Source: Xylanibacter ruminicola 23
GTDB taxonomy: Bacteria; Bacteroidota; Bacteroidia; Bacteroidales; Bacteroidaceae
Assembly (NCBI RefSeq): GCF_000025925.1
Contig: NC_014033.1
Span: 1,440,001-1,472,000 of the forward strand
DNA length: 32,000 nt
Direction: 5' to 3'
The notes under the pieces are model-generated. The model saw nothing but the letters and a program-made list of their open reading frames with translations, searched no databases and had not been told where the DNA came from. The first letter of the stretch is position 1. Every line of letters begins with the position of its first letter. Both the position numbers and the translations under genes were made by a program. This document shows, piece by piece, positions 1-8,155 of this stretch.

Positions 1-1
1 A

Positions 2-1678
2 GCCAAGAAGGTTGAGATTATTACCAAGAGCTGGAAGGAAGGCTCGAAGGCTGTTAAGTGGAGCTGCGACGGAAGTCCTGCCTACGAGATTGACGATGCT
101 GAGCGCGAGCAGCACGGATCGGACATCATCCTGTACGTAGATGATGACTGCAAGGAGTTCCTCGATAAGTTCAAGCTCGAGGGATTGCTCAACAAGTACT
201 GCAAGTTCATGGCTGTACCCGTGGCCTTTGGTAAGAAGACCGAATGGAAAGACGGCAAGCAGGTTGATACCGACGAGGACAACATCATCAATAGCGTAGA
301 GCCCCTGTGGACCAAGACTCCAAGCACCTTGAAGGACGAGGACTACAAGAGCTTCTATCGCACACTCTACCCCATGAGCGACGAGCCTCTGTTCTGGATT
401 CACCTGAACGTAGACTACCCATTCAATCTCACAGGTATCCTCTACTTCCCAAAAATCAAGAACAACATCGAGCTGCAGAAGAACAAGATTCAGTTGTACT
501 GCAACCAGGTATTCGTGACCGACCAGGTAGAGGGTATCGTACCAGAGTTCCTCACCCTGCTTCATGGTGTGATCGACTCACCAGACATTCCTCTGAACGT
601 ATCACGTTCGTACCTGCAGAGCGACCGCGAGGTTAAGAAGATCTCTACCTATATCACTAAGAAGGTAGCCGACCGCTTGAAGGCCATCTTTGGCGAGAAC
701 CGCAAGGAGTACGAGGAGAAGTGGGACGACCTGAAGCTGTTTATCAACTACGGTATCCTGAGCGAGGACGGTTTCTACGATCGCGCCAAGGAGTTTGCAC
801 TCTTCAAGGATACTGAGGGTAAGTACTTTACCTTCGACGAGTACAAGACTCTGATTGAGGCCAACCAGAAGGATAAGGACGACCAGTTGGTATATCTGTA
901 CGCTACCGACAAGGAGGAGCAGTACAGCTACATCAAGGGTGCCCAGGATAAGGGTTACAGCGTGCTGCTGCTTGACGGACAGCTCGACGTACCAACCATC
1001 CAGACTCTGGAGCAGAAGTTTGAGAAGAGTCGCTTCACACGTGTAGACAGCGATATCATCGACCGACTGATTGTAAAGAGCGATGCACCTAAGAACAACC
1101 TGAGCGAGGATCAAAGTGACAATTTGTCAGCCGTATTCCGCACTCAGCTGCCAAAGATTGAGCATACAGAGTTTATGGTTCAGGTAGATGCCCTTGGTGC
1201 CGAGGCCCGTCCTGTAGTTATTACTCAGAACGAGTACATGCGCCGTATGAAGGAGATGAGCCGATTCCAGCCAGGTATGAGCTTCTATGGTCAGATGCCC
1301 GACTCGTTCAACCTTGTTCTGAACTCAGACCATCCTCTGGTAAAGAAGGTGCTTGATGAGAGCAGCGCAGCTACCGAGGAGGCCCTGAAGCCAATCGTAG
1401 CCGAACTGAAGGGTCAGGAAGCCCGTTTGGCTGCTATCCGTGCCCAGCAGGACAAGAAGAAGTACGACGAGCTTACACAGGAGGATAAGGACCAGAAGGC
1501 CGAGGCTGAGAAAGCCGTACAGGAGCAGAAGGACAAGAAGCAGGCTGTAATTGCCGAATATGCCAAGGGAAACTCGGTTGTTCATCAGCTGATTGACCTG
1601 GCTCTGCTGCAGAACGGTATGCTTAAAGGCGAAGCCCTGGATGCATTCCTGAAGCGCTCAGTTGATTTGATTAAATAA
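2..1678 (+). CDS. htpG: Molecular chaperone HtpG (Hsp90 family), 5'-truncated by the window edge
   Basis: The frame is open from nt 2, so the ORF-track Met at 185 is internal. The translation (YCKFMAVPVAFGKK, HLNVDYPFNLTGILYFPK, SPDIPLNVSRSYLQ) matches the HtpG middle and C-terminal domains. Stop TAA at 1676-1678. Confidence 0.9.
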   Translation, partial: AKKVEIITKSWKEGSKAVKWSCDGSPAYEIDDAEREQHGSDIILYVDDDCKEFLDKFKLEGLLNKYCKFMAVPVAFGKKTEWKDGKQVDTDEDNIINSVEPLWTKTPSTLKDEDYKSFYRTLYPMSDEPLFWIHLNVDYPFNLTGILYFPKIKNNIELQKNKIQLYCNQVFVTDQVEGIVPEFLTLLHGVIDSPDIPLNVSRSYLQSDREVKKISTYITKKVADRLKAIFGENRKEYEEKWDDLKLFINYGILSEDGFYDRAKEFALFKDTEGKYFTFDEYKTLIEANQKDKDDQLVYLYATDKEEQYSYIKGAQDKGYSVLLLDGQLDVPTIQTLEQKFEKSRFTRVDSDIIDRLIVKSDAPKNNLSEDQSDNLSAVFRTQLPKIEHTEFMVQVDALGAEARPVVITQNEYMRRMKEMSRFQPGMSFYGQMPDSFNLVLNSDHPLVKKVLDESSAATEEALKPIVAELKGQEARLAAIRAQQDKKKYDELTQEDKDQKAEAEKAVQEQKDKKQAVIAEYAKGNSVVHQLIDLALLQNGMLKGEALDAFLKRSVDLIK

Positions 1679-1697
1679 AAGAATCAAGCATAAAGAA

Positions 1698-1730
1698 AGC
1701 TCCCAATTTTGAAGTTGGGAGCTTTTTTTT
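1698..1730. terminator. Bidirectional rho-independent terminator between convergent htpG and the histidine kinase gene
   Basis: 9-bp stem AGCTCCCAA (1698-1706) / TTGGGAGCT (1715-1723), followed by T8 on the plus strand and preceded by an A-rich run (T-rich on the minus strand). Confidence 0.8.
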
Positions 1731-3663
1731 ATTTAGGTAATTCGAGCGTTACACGACAACCTTGATGATAATCGGCATCGAAAACCAGATTTCCACCCAA
1801 GCTCTTAGCATGGCGTTTGGCCAATGGAAGACCTAAGCCGAGACCTTCGGACAAATCGCCTTCGCGGGTAAATGGCTCGAACAGAAGCTCTTTCTTGTCG
1901 TCGGGCAATCCCGGACCTACATCCTCTACCGTATAGCTAACGGTATTATCGGTATCGGTAATACTCAGCTTGATATGCTGACCATCTGAATATTTCGCAG
2001 CATTATAAAGCAACTCACGCAGCGTACGCATCAGGTAAATATGATTAGTAACGATGCAAAGCGTATCGGATACGGTTGAAGAGAGCTCGATATTGGCATC
2101 GGGGAAGTGGGCGTGCGTATAAAGGATACACTCGTGGGCCAACGCATTAACCGACTCCTCGTCCTGTTTCTTACACTTCAAGGCCTCGTTGGCATCGCTC
2201 TCCGAAGCATCGAACAGCATCAGCACCATACTGTTAAGATTGATGGCGTTGCTCTTCATCATACTTGAGATATTAGCCAGTTCCTCCTCGCCTATCATAT
2301 CCTTATTGTTGCTGCTCTCGCGTAGCATGCTGGCAAAACCAGTAATCACATTTAATGGCGAACGCATGTGTTGGGCCACCTGCTGCATGAACTGATTCTT
2401 TTTCTTCACGTTCTCCTCGGCCTGCAGCACATCCTGCTCTAAGGCTTCGTTACGCTGGCGGGCCTCGTCGACACGCTGACGCAAATGTCCCATCTTGTCG
2501 TTCAAAGCCATCTGCATCTGTGCAAAACTATTCTGTAGTCGCGCTATCACACCTTTACCCAAGTTGACAGGAATCTGCTCGTCATATCGCCCTTCAGAGA
2601 TATCCTTCGTCATATCAAGCAAATCGTTCAATGGACTGACGGTTTGTTTTACGATACGATTACTTAACCACATAATGGCCAGCAATCCTATCACAATCAA
2701 GGCTATGATAACGTATCCCAACCTGTGATAACTACGCATCAGCTGGTTATCGGGACAAACCAAAGCCAGACTCCAGTTGGTACCTTCGACAGGCTCGTAA
2801 CACACATGATAGAGCTGGTTACCTATATGCACATGCATAGAGCCGCGCTTTCCAGCCGTCATCTCATAACTTAATGATATCAAATCCTGATTCGCATTGG
2901 GGTCGACATCCGTATAAAGCGTTTTACGGAACAAACGAGTGGTGTCGGGATGAATCAGATACCGTCCGTCACTACCTATCAGCACATAATACGAATGATC
3001 GTAAGTATTCTCATCTTCGTTAATGAGCTTAGCCAATCTGCTGAATGAGAAGTCGACGGTAACAACACCTATCATACGACCATTATTCTGGCGCAGGGGT
3101 TTGCAATAGGTAGCGATTGCCTGGCGATAGTCGATCGTACTTTCGGTATGTTCAATAAACGGATCAACCCAGCATGATTTACCTGTTTCTACCGGTTTGG
3201 TATAGCTAAGTTTTTCCAGATAGTCGTATTCCGGTTCGCAGTAAGTAGCCAAAGTGTCACCCGTTCTTTTGGTGTAAACCGAGAATTTCTCGCCATACTG
3301 CGGAAACATGTTCGGCAAAGCATATACGGAACAACTCATCACATTGCCATTCAGGCGCACAATACGGTTAGACACAGTCTGAATAGCTTGAGGCTCAAAG
3401 TTTTCCTCGAGCATCCATACATTAGCATCAGCTGCCGTTTCAATGGTTTGCATATAGTTCTGAACGCGCTGCAAGGTGGTGTTCAGTAAACTCTGCGAAC
3501 TCTCCATAGCCTCATGATGTATGAGATAACGCGACTGCAGGAAAAGGATGCCTAACGCCACCACAAAGATTGGGATAGCCAGCAGCATGATACCCAAGCT
3601 AAGCTCTCTCGACAAACTACGACGTACCTTAATCATGGTTGGCCTCCTTTCCTGTTTCGGCAT
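1729..3663 (-). CDS. Sensor histidine kinase: TM, double-Cache-like periplasmic domain, TM, HAMP, DHp, HATPase_c
   Basis: H-box QQVAQHMRSPLNVITGF, N-box LLYNAAKYS, G1 VEDVGPGLP, G2 GLGLGLPLAKRH. There are two TM helices and a HAMP-like segment after TM2. The alternative start ATG at 3636 (MIKVRR) gives an ATGATTAA overlap with the upstream gene. Confidence 0.85.
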   Translation of the reverse strand: MPKQERRPTMIKVRRSLSRELSLGIMLLAIPIFVVALGILFLQSRYLIHHEAMESSQSLLNTTLQRVQNYMQTIETAADANVWMLEENFEPQAIQTVSNRIVRLNGNVMSCSVYALPNMFPQYGEKFSVYTKRTGDTLATYCEPEYDYLEKLSYTKPVETGKSCWVDPFIEHTESTIDYRQAIATYCKPLRQNNGRMIGVVTVDFSFSRLAKLINEDENTYDHSYYVLIGSDGRYLIHPDTTRLFRKTLYTDVDPNANQDLISLSYEMTAGKRGSMHVHIGNQLYHVCYEPVEGTNWSLALVCPDNQLMRSYHRLGYVIIALIVIGLLAIMWLSNRIVKQTVSPLNDLLDMTKDISEGRYDEQIPVNLGKGVIARLQNSFAQMQMALNDKMGHLRQRVDEARQRNEALEQDVLQAEENVKKKNQFMQQVAQHMRSPLNVITGFASMLRESSNNKDMIGEEELANISSMMKSNAINLNSMVLMLFDASESDANEALKCKKQDEESVNALAHECILYTHAHFPDANIELSSTVSDTLCIVTNHIYLMRTLRELLYNAAKYSDGQHIKLSITDTDNTVSYTVEDVGPGLPDDKKELLFEPFTREGDLSEGLGLGLPLAKRHAKSLGGNLVFDADYHQGCRVTLELPK

Positions 3664-5110
3664 CAGTAAAATGAGCCATATGATTCAACAGTTCGACCAG
3701 CATATCGCTTTTACGCTCGATATTATCTACCTGCTTATCTATTTCGTCTTTACTAATATCATGATAGTTGTTACACAACGTTGTGACGCTACGGTCGATA
3801 CTCTCGGCTGGTACAGCCATCTGGTTTGTGATATAGTGCAGGAACGAAGTTTTCATCCTATCGTTCTCTTCTATCCTACCATAAGCAGCACGTAACTCAT
3901 CGCTATGTTCATGCAACTGCATCGTTTCGTTCTCCAAATCAGCTGTCTGCTCCTTCAATCTGTCCTGCATCTTACGTAAACGGTTCTGCAAATGTCCTAC
4001 CTCATCTTCGCGATTGGTGGCAGGTACCGATTCATCGTAGTTTCCAGCGGCTATACGCTGGGTTAATTGAGTAAGCAGACTGAGAGGCTTGAGTTCGTGA
4101 CGAACAAGCCAGCCACAAAGCAGGAAGAATAACAACAAGCCTACAATGGTGATAGCAACCACCAGATAAAGCAGTTTGTTGTGCACACTATGTATATCGG
4201 CATCAGGATAAACCACACCTACACTCCAGTCTAACTGCCAATCAGAGCGCCCCTCCCACTCTACACGCTTAAAGGGCTTGAAGAACACACTCCACGATTC
4301 GTCGTTCATACAGAAACGCTTCATACCGCTCTGTCCCGAAAGCATCGCCTCGGCAGCCTCGAGTACGGAATGGTCGGCACCCTCATTCATCTGTGTGAAT
4401 ACCGTCTTACTCTGCAACTTTTCTTTGTCGGGATGCACAATGAACGAGCCGTTCTTAGCCATCAGCACACAGTAGCCTCGCTCTGAGGGTTTTGCTGCCA
4501 ATACAATCTTCGACAGCTGACTGATAGAAACATCGACAGCAATCACACCCACACGCTGGCCACTCTTATCGCTGAATGGCAGACAGAAATTAACCAGCGG
4601 CTCATTCTCGGTATCCTCACCTTTCAATGGGTCGGTCCAGCCCATCCATCCTTTGTTCATAGGATCTTTATACCAAGCCTGCTCGGTATAAGGACGATCG
4701 GTAAAAGTATCGGTAGTAACCAAATCGCTCTTGATATCGGTAGTAAAGGCACGGCGATGCACATAGGCCATAAACAGATCCTTACCCGGGAAATAGCCAG
4801 GCTTAAAGGCGATGGCACAACCCACAATATTTGGATTGCTTTCAACAAACTCCCGGCAATACACATACATGCGGTCGGGCTCATCAAGATGCTCCATCAG
4901 ATCGCAATACATATTACCTGTACTCTGCTCTACGCTCAACAGGATATTGTCGATTGTTTGCGCAGTACCCTCAAGCGTTAGTTCAGCATCGCGCATAGCC
5001 TCGTTCTTCAACGCCTTATGGGAGAAGTAGAACAAAATACCCAACGATATGGCCAACAACAAAAACGTTTGGCCTGCTATCAGTATATTAAGCTTATACT
5101 TTTTCTGCAT
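3629..5110 (-). CDS. Cache + HAMP + DHp-like protein with no ATPase domain (kinase-dead paralogue of the adjacent histidine kinase)
   Basis: Architecture is TM1, a roughly 260-aa Cache-like region paralogous to both neighbours, TM2, HAMP (AAGNYDESVP...VGHLQNRLRKMQ), a coiled coil and a DHp-like helix (SFLHYITNQMAVPAESI). It ends without N/G1/G2 boxes. Confidence 0.75.
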   Translation of the reverse strand: MQKKYKLNILIAGQTFLLLAISLGILFYFSHKALKNEAMRDAELTLEGTAQTIDNILLSVEQSTGNMYCDLMEHLDEPDRMYVYCREFVESNPNIVGCAIAFKPGYFPGKDLFMAYVHRRAFTTDIKSDLVTTDTFTDRPYTEQAWYKDPMNKGWMGWTDPLKGEDTENEPLVNFCLPFSDKSGQRVGVIAVDVSISQLSKIVLAAKPSERGYCVLMAKNGSFIVHPDKEKLQSKTVFTQMNEGADHSVLEAAEAMLSGQSGMKRFCMNDESWSVFFKPFKRVEWEGRSDWQLDWSVGVVYPDADIHSVHNKLLYLVVAITIVGLLLFFLLCGWLVRHELKPLSLLTQLTQRIAAGNYDESVPATNREDEVGHLQNRLRKMQDRLKEQTADLENETMQLHEHSDELRAAYGRIEENDRMKTSFLHYITNQMAVPAESIDRSVTTLCNNYHDISKDEIDKQVDNIERKSDMLVELLNHMAHFTDAETGKEANHD

Positions 5111-5112
5111 AA

Positions 5113-6081
5113 CTACATACGCTTACAAATAAAACCTACAGCCACAATGCCTATAATGGACAAAAATAAGAGTGTCCATCGCATACATCTGAAGGGTTTC
5201 GATACATCAGATATAGGAGCTACAACAGCCACCGACCAGTCAATACCATCAATCGGGCCGTAGAAAACCAACGAAGGCTCACCATCCACTTCCATCTCAA
5301 TCATACCAGATTGCTGCTGCTCAAGATTCTTCAACATCTCAGGATCTTTAAACACCGTTTTCTTACCCTCGGGATGCACAATGCAAGAGCCATCATGATC
5401 AACAACCATCGAGAAGAAAGTGAAATCGCGCATCAAATGGTATTTGTTTACCTGCTGGTCGTTACGACAAGCATCGTCGATACGCTGCAAGGCCTTAGTA
5501 AGCCACTCGAAAGTGATATCAGCACCACACACGCAGGCCAGTTTACCATCGGCTGTATAAACGGGCTTTACGAAAGTACAATAATGACCACTAATATTGG
5601 TTCCATCATAGTAATAATAAGGCTCCGACCAGAAACTGGTCTTGATATCCTTGGCATGCTTGTACCAGTCCGACTGGGTGTAGTCATGACGGGCCGAACC
5701 TACCATACTAATTTCGAAATCCGAGCTATCAGAATGGTGTATATAGGGCTCGAACCATTGACCCTTACTGGGGAAGAAATTAGGTTCGAATGCAGCAAAA
5801 TAACCACGCACATCGGGATTCAGGTTCGACTCCTCTTCGAGGGCTTGTACTACCGACTCGGGGCTATCCATGTGTTTCTCAACCTCATTAAAAACATTGG
5901 TTGCACTCATCTCCATACCCCTGATGGTTTTATTAAGCTGTACAGCTATTACACTTTGCAGGCCTGCATAACGTACATTAGTCTCTGCGCGCATAGCCAC
6001 GCGAAATGCCCAATACGATACACCTACAACCACCAGTATAACTACTGATGCTGCAATTAATACATACCATTTCTTATTCAT
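5113..6081 (-). CDS. Membrane-anchored Cache-domain-only protein (TM, Cache, TM, no cytoplasmic output domain)
   Basis: It is paralogous to the periplasmic regions of the two downstream genes (NPDVRGYFAAFEPNFFP, FWSEPYY, CVCGADITF, IVHPEG, DWSVAVVAP). The protein ends right after TM2. I prefer the ATG at 6081 (MNKKWYVL); the ORF-track start at 6108 is a GTG. Confidence 0.7.
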   Translation of the reverse strand: MNKKWYVLIAASVVILVVVGVSYWAFRVAMRAETNVRYAGLQSVIAVQLNKTIRGMEMSATNVFNEVEKHMDSPESVVQALEEESNLNPDVRGYFAAFEPNFFPSKGQWFEPYIHHSDSSDFEISMVGSARHDYTQSDWYKHAKDIKTSFWSEPYYYYDGTNISGHYCTFVKPVYTADGKLACVCGADITFEWLTKALQRIDDACRNDQQVNKYHLMRDFTFFSMVVDHDGSCIVHPEGKKTVFKDPEMLKNLEQQQSGMIEMEVDGEPSLVFYGPIDGIDWSVAVVAPISDVSKPFRCMRWTLLFLSIIGIVAVGFICKRM

Positions 6082-6145
6082 ATCTTTCTTCACAGAATAC
6101 AGTTCCACGGTCTTATAATCAATTAGTTAGAACGTAATATTTCTG

Positions 6146-6153
6146 CAAAGATA
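6146..6153 (-). promoter_or_regulatory. Bacteroidota -7 promoter box (TATCTTTG) for the Cache/kinase operon
   Basis: The minus strand reads TATCTTTGCA, matching the TAnnTTTG consensus of the Bacteroidetes primary sigma factor. It lies 38-65 nt upstream of the candidate start codons. Confidence 0.55.
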
Positions 6154-6211
6154 GATAATTTTTCGATGTATCCAAAGAAATATTAATAAATTAACATATA
6201 TTAATTAACGC

Positions 6212-6916
6212 CTATAGCGATTTAAGCTTGTTGCGATAGGCCTTACGCAGTTTACGAACAGCTTTTTCGCGTATCTGGCGTACACGCTCGCGCTTGACAT
6301 CCATATCCTCGGCTATCTCGGCCATCGTTTCGTGCTCCTGATTAATTCCGTAGAAAGCATTTATCACACGGCGTTCGCGCGCATCAAGTGTGCCTAAAGC
6401 AAATTCTATGGCATCCTCGATAGCTTCAGAGTGTACTCGCTCATCAGCCAAGGGCGCATCCTTGTTAACCAATACCGACAGCAGACTCATGTTGGTACGA
6501 TGCCCCAGAGGTGCATCAACAGATACGGCTTGTGCCTGCTGGCGAGCCACCTCTTGCTTTACGTCCTTTGGCACCTGATAAAGTCCACCCTGCTGGTCGA
6601 TAGCCTTCTCGATAGACTGACGGATGTAAACAAAAGCAAAGTTAACAAAACGCACACCTTTGCTAGCATCAAACTTGGCAGCAGCTTTCATCAATCCGAG
6701 ATTGCCCTCGCTCACCAGGTCTTCCATATCTACACCTTTACCTTTGTACTGGCGAGCAACAGATACCACAAACTTAAGATTAGCCTCGATCAACTTCGAC
6801 AGCGCACGTTCGTCGCCTTTTGCAATACGTTCGGCCAACTCGCGCTCCTCTTCATTGGTTAGCAACTGCTCACGTCCAATCTCATCCAAATATCTGTTTA
6901 ATGCTGAATCTTCCAT
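6212..6916 (-). CDS. Sigma-70 family RNA polymerase sigma factor (small, non-ECF, group-3-like; regions 1.2, 2, 3 and 4)
   Basis: Region 2: LIEANLKFVVSVARQYKGKGVDMEDLVSEGNLGLMKAAAKFD and FVNFAFVYIRQSI. Region 4.2: ETMAEIAEDMDVKRERVRQIREKAVRKLR. I take the start as ATG 6916 (MEDSALNRYL), because the longer ORF-track start at 7030 runs through a terminator and into a tRNA gene. Confidence 0.85.
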   Translation of the reverse strand: MEDSALNRYLDEIGREQLLTNEEERELAERIAKGDERALSKLIEANLKFVVSVARQYKGKGVDMEDLVSEGNLGLMKAAAKFDASKGVRFVNFAFVYIRQSIEKAIDQQGGLYQVPKDVKQEVARQQAQAVSVDAPLGHRTNMSLLSVLVNKDAPLADERVHSEAIEDAIEFALGTLDARERRVINAFYGINQEHETMAEIAEDMDVKRERVRQIREKAVRKLRKAYRNKLKSL

Positions 6917-6935
6917 ATCAATCTCTTTTTGTTTG

Positions 6936-6943
6936 CAAAGATA
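6936..6943 (-). promoter_or_regulatory. Bacteroidota -7 promoter box (TATCTTTG) for the sigma factor gene
   Basis: The minus strand reads TATCTTTGCAAAC, 20 nt upstream of ATG 6916 and just downstream of the tRNA terminator. Confidence 0.55.
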
Positions 6944-6963
6944 CGAAAGTATTTCGATATACA

Positions 6964-6997
6964 CAAAAAAAGAAGAGAAAACCTTTCGATTTTCTCT
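6964..6997 (-). terminator. Rho-independent terminator of the tRNA-Arg pair
   Basis: The minus strand reads AGAGAAAA-TCGAAAGG-TTTTCTCT followed by TCTTTTTTTG, immediately 3' of the distal tRNA. Confidence 0.7.
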
Positions 6998-7002
6998 CCT
7001 CT

Positions 7003-7079
7003 TGGTGATTCCGGCGGGATTCAAACCCACAACCTTCTGATCCGTAGTCAGATGCTCTATTCAGTTGAGCTACGGAACC
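7003..7079 (-). tRNA. tRNA-Arg (anticodon ACG), promoter-distal copy, 3' CCA encoded
   Basis: Manual cloverleaf: acceptor GGTTCCG/CGGAATC, D arm GCTC...GAGC, anticodon arm TCTGA-CTACGGA-TCAGA (anticodon ACG), T arm GTGGG-TTTGAAT-CCCGC, discriminator A + CCA. Confidence 0.9.
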
Positions 7080-7109
7080 ATTGTTCCTTTATTTTTGCAA
7101 CCGTTTTTG

Positions 7110-7183
7110 TGATTCCGGCGGGATTCAAACCCACAACCTTCTGATCCGTAGTCAGATGCTCTATTCAGTTGAGCTACGGAACC
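7110..7183 (-). tRNA. tRNA-Arg (anticodon ACG), promoter-proximal copy, no encoded CCA
   Basis: The 74-nt body is 100% identical to the 7003-7079 copy. The discriminator A is followed by CAA rather than CCA. Confidence 0.9.
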
Positions 7184-7201
7184 ATTTCCGATTTGCGGGT
7201 G

Positions 7202-7209
7202 CAAAGGTA
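7202..7209 (-). promoter_or_regulatory. Bacteroidota -7 promoter box (TACCTTTG) for the tRNA-Arg pair
   Basis: The minus strand reads TACCTTTGCACCC, 19 nt upstream of the first tRNA 5' end. Confidence 0.5.
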
Positions 7210-7267
7210 CTGACTTTTTTTGGAACCACCAAACTTTTGGAGGACTTTTTTCGAAAAAAGTGCAGTT

Positions 7268-8152
7268 TTACACGATAATTCGCGTTTTATGGTAGTTTTC
7301 GCGGAACTCAGAGGGGCTACAACCCTTACGTTTCTTGAAAATACGATTAAAGTTGCTCAGGTTATTGAACCCACAAGCATAGCTGATTTCGGATACCGAA
7401 TTGGTACTATCCACCAACATACGGCTGGCATAACCCAATCGCTGGTCGATAATATACTCACTTAGATTACGACCGGTATGCAACTTGAAGAAACGACTGA
7501 AAGCCGAAGGACTCATACCTGCCAGGTCGGCAAGTGTAGTCAATCGGATTTCCTTGGTGTAGTTCTGCTCGATATAGTTCTTTACCTTCGTAACGCGTCG
7601 GCTATCGCTTGTTACCTCGATCTTAGCAAAGCTACTTGAAGCCAACGTATGAGCACCATCACACTTCGACAGCTCGTACAGGATGGTAAGGAACTGCTGG
7701 AAAGCATAAAAACCATCCTTTACGCTACAAAGCGTATTGAGTTGCTGATACACACGCATGATAGCGTCCATCGGGAAACTAAGTCCCTTGCGTGCCTCCT
7801 GCATCATCTGCTGGATAGAGATGAAGGGATTTCGCGAAAAGATACTATTATCGGAAAAATCGAACTCAAAATGTATAGTTACCTCGTGGATATCGTCGCT
7901 GGTGCAATCGCCTTGCTCCCATACATGCTCCAGATCAGGACTAGTTATCAGCACCAAGTCGTAATCGCCAATCACCTCGCTAGAGTCGCCCACAATGCGA
8001 CGAACGCCTGGGGCATGCTCTACGAAGTTAAGTTCGAATACCTTATGGTTATGAATGGGATAGGTGAACTCTTTTTTATGTCGTTCGGCAATATAGAGTA
8101 CATCCTTTCCCGTCAACTGGGTAATCTCATGGATAACCTTGCTTTCTACCAT
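7268..8152 (-). CDS. AraC family transcriptional regulator (N-terminal cupin-like sensor, C-terminal double HTH)
   Basis: The C-terminus (LADLAGMSPSAFSRFFK...ISYACGFNNLSNFNRIFKKRKGCSPSEFR) is a typical AraC HTH pair. The start ATG lies 3 nt after the dapA stop. Confidence 0.85.
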   Translation of the reverse strand: MVESKVIHEITQLTGKDVLYIAERHKKEFTYPIHNHKVFELNFVEHAPGVRRIVGDSSEVIGDYDLVLITSPDLEHVWEQGDCTSDDIHEVTIHFEFDFSDNSIFSRNPFISIQQMMQEARKGLSFPMDAIMRVYQQLNTLCSVKDGFYAFQQFLTILYELSKCDGAHTLASSSFAKIEVTSDSRRVTKVKNYIEQNYTKEIRLTTLADLAGMSPSAFSRFFKLHTGRNLSEYIIDQRLGYASRMLVDSTNSVSEISYACGFNNLSNFNRIFKKRKGCSPSEFRENYHKTRIIV

Positions 8153-8155
8153 ATC

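Noticed and set aside
6189-6206. AATTAA-N6-TTAATT inverted repeat between the sigma factor stop and the Cache operon promoter.
   Set aside because: A 6-bp all-AT inverted repeat in a very AT-rich spacer is expected by chance. It has no GC stem to act as a terminator and no second copy elsewhere in the window.
7003-7183. The tandem tRNA genes as a possible integration hotspot or genomic-island boundary.
   Set aside because: No integrase, transposase, phage or plasmid genes flank the pair, and no partial tRNA direct repeat (att-like) is visible. The duplication covers only the tRNA bodies.
7244-7261. A perfect 18-nt palindrome, ACTTTTTTCGAAAAAAGT, just downstream of the AraC stop, considered as a terminator.
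   Set aside because: The stem is almost pure A-T with only C-G pairs at the ends and centre, and no T-run follows on the minus strand. It is too weak to call a rho-independent terminator. It may still be a protein-binding palindrome, but there is no further evidence.
6917-7278. The N-terminal extension of the sigma ORF to 7030, and plus-strand ORFs 6929-7144 and 7081-7278 with repeated peptide strings (IPAGFKPTTF, GGIQTHNLLIRSQMLYSVELRNH).
   Set aside because: These frames run across the two tRNA-Arg genes and their terminator. The repeated peptides are simply translations of the duplicated tRNA sequence. The sigma factor has a good ATG at 6916 preceded by its own -7 box.
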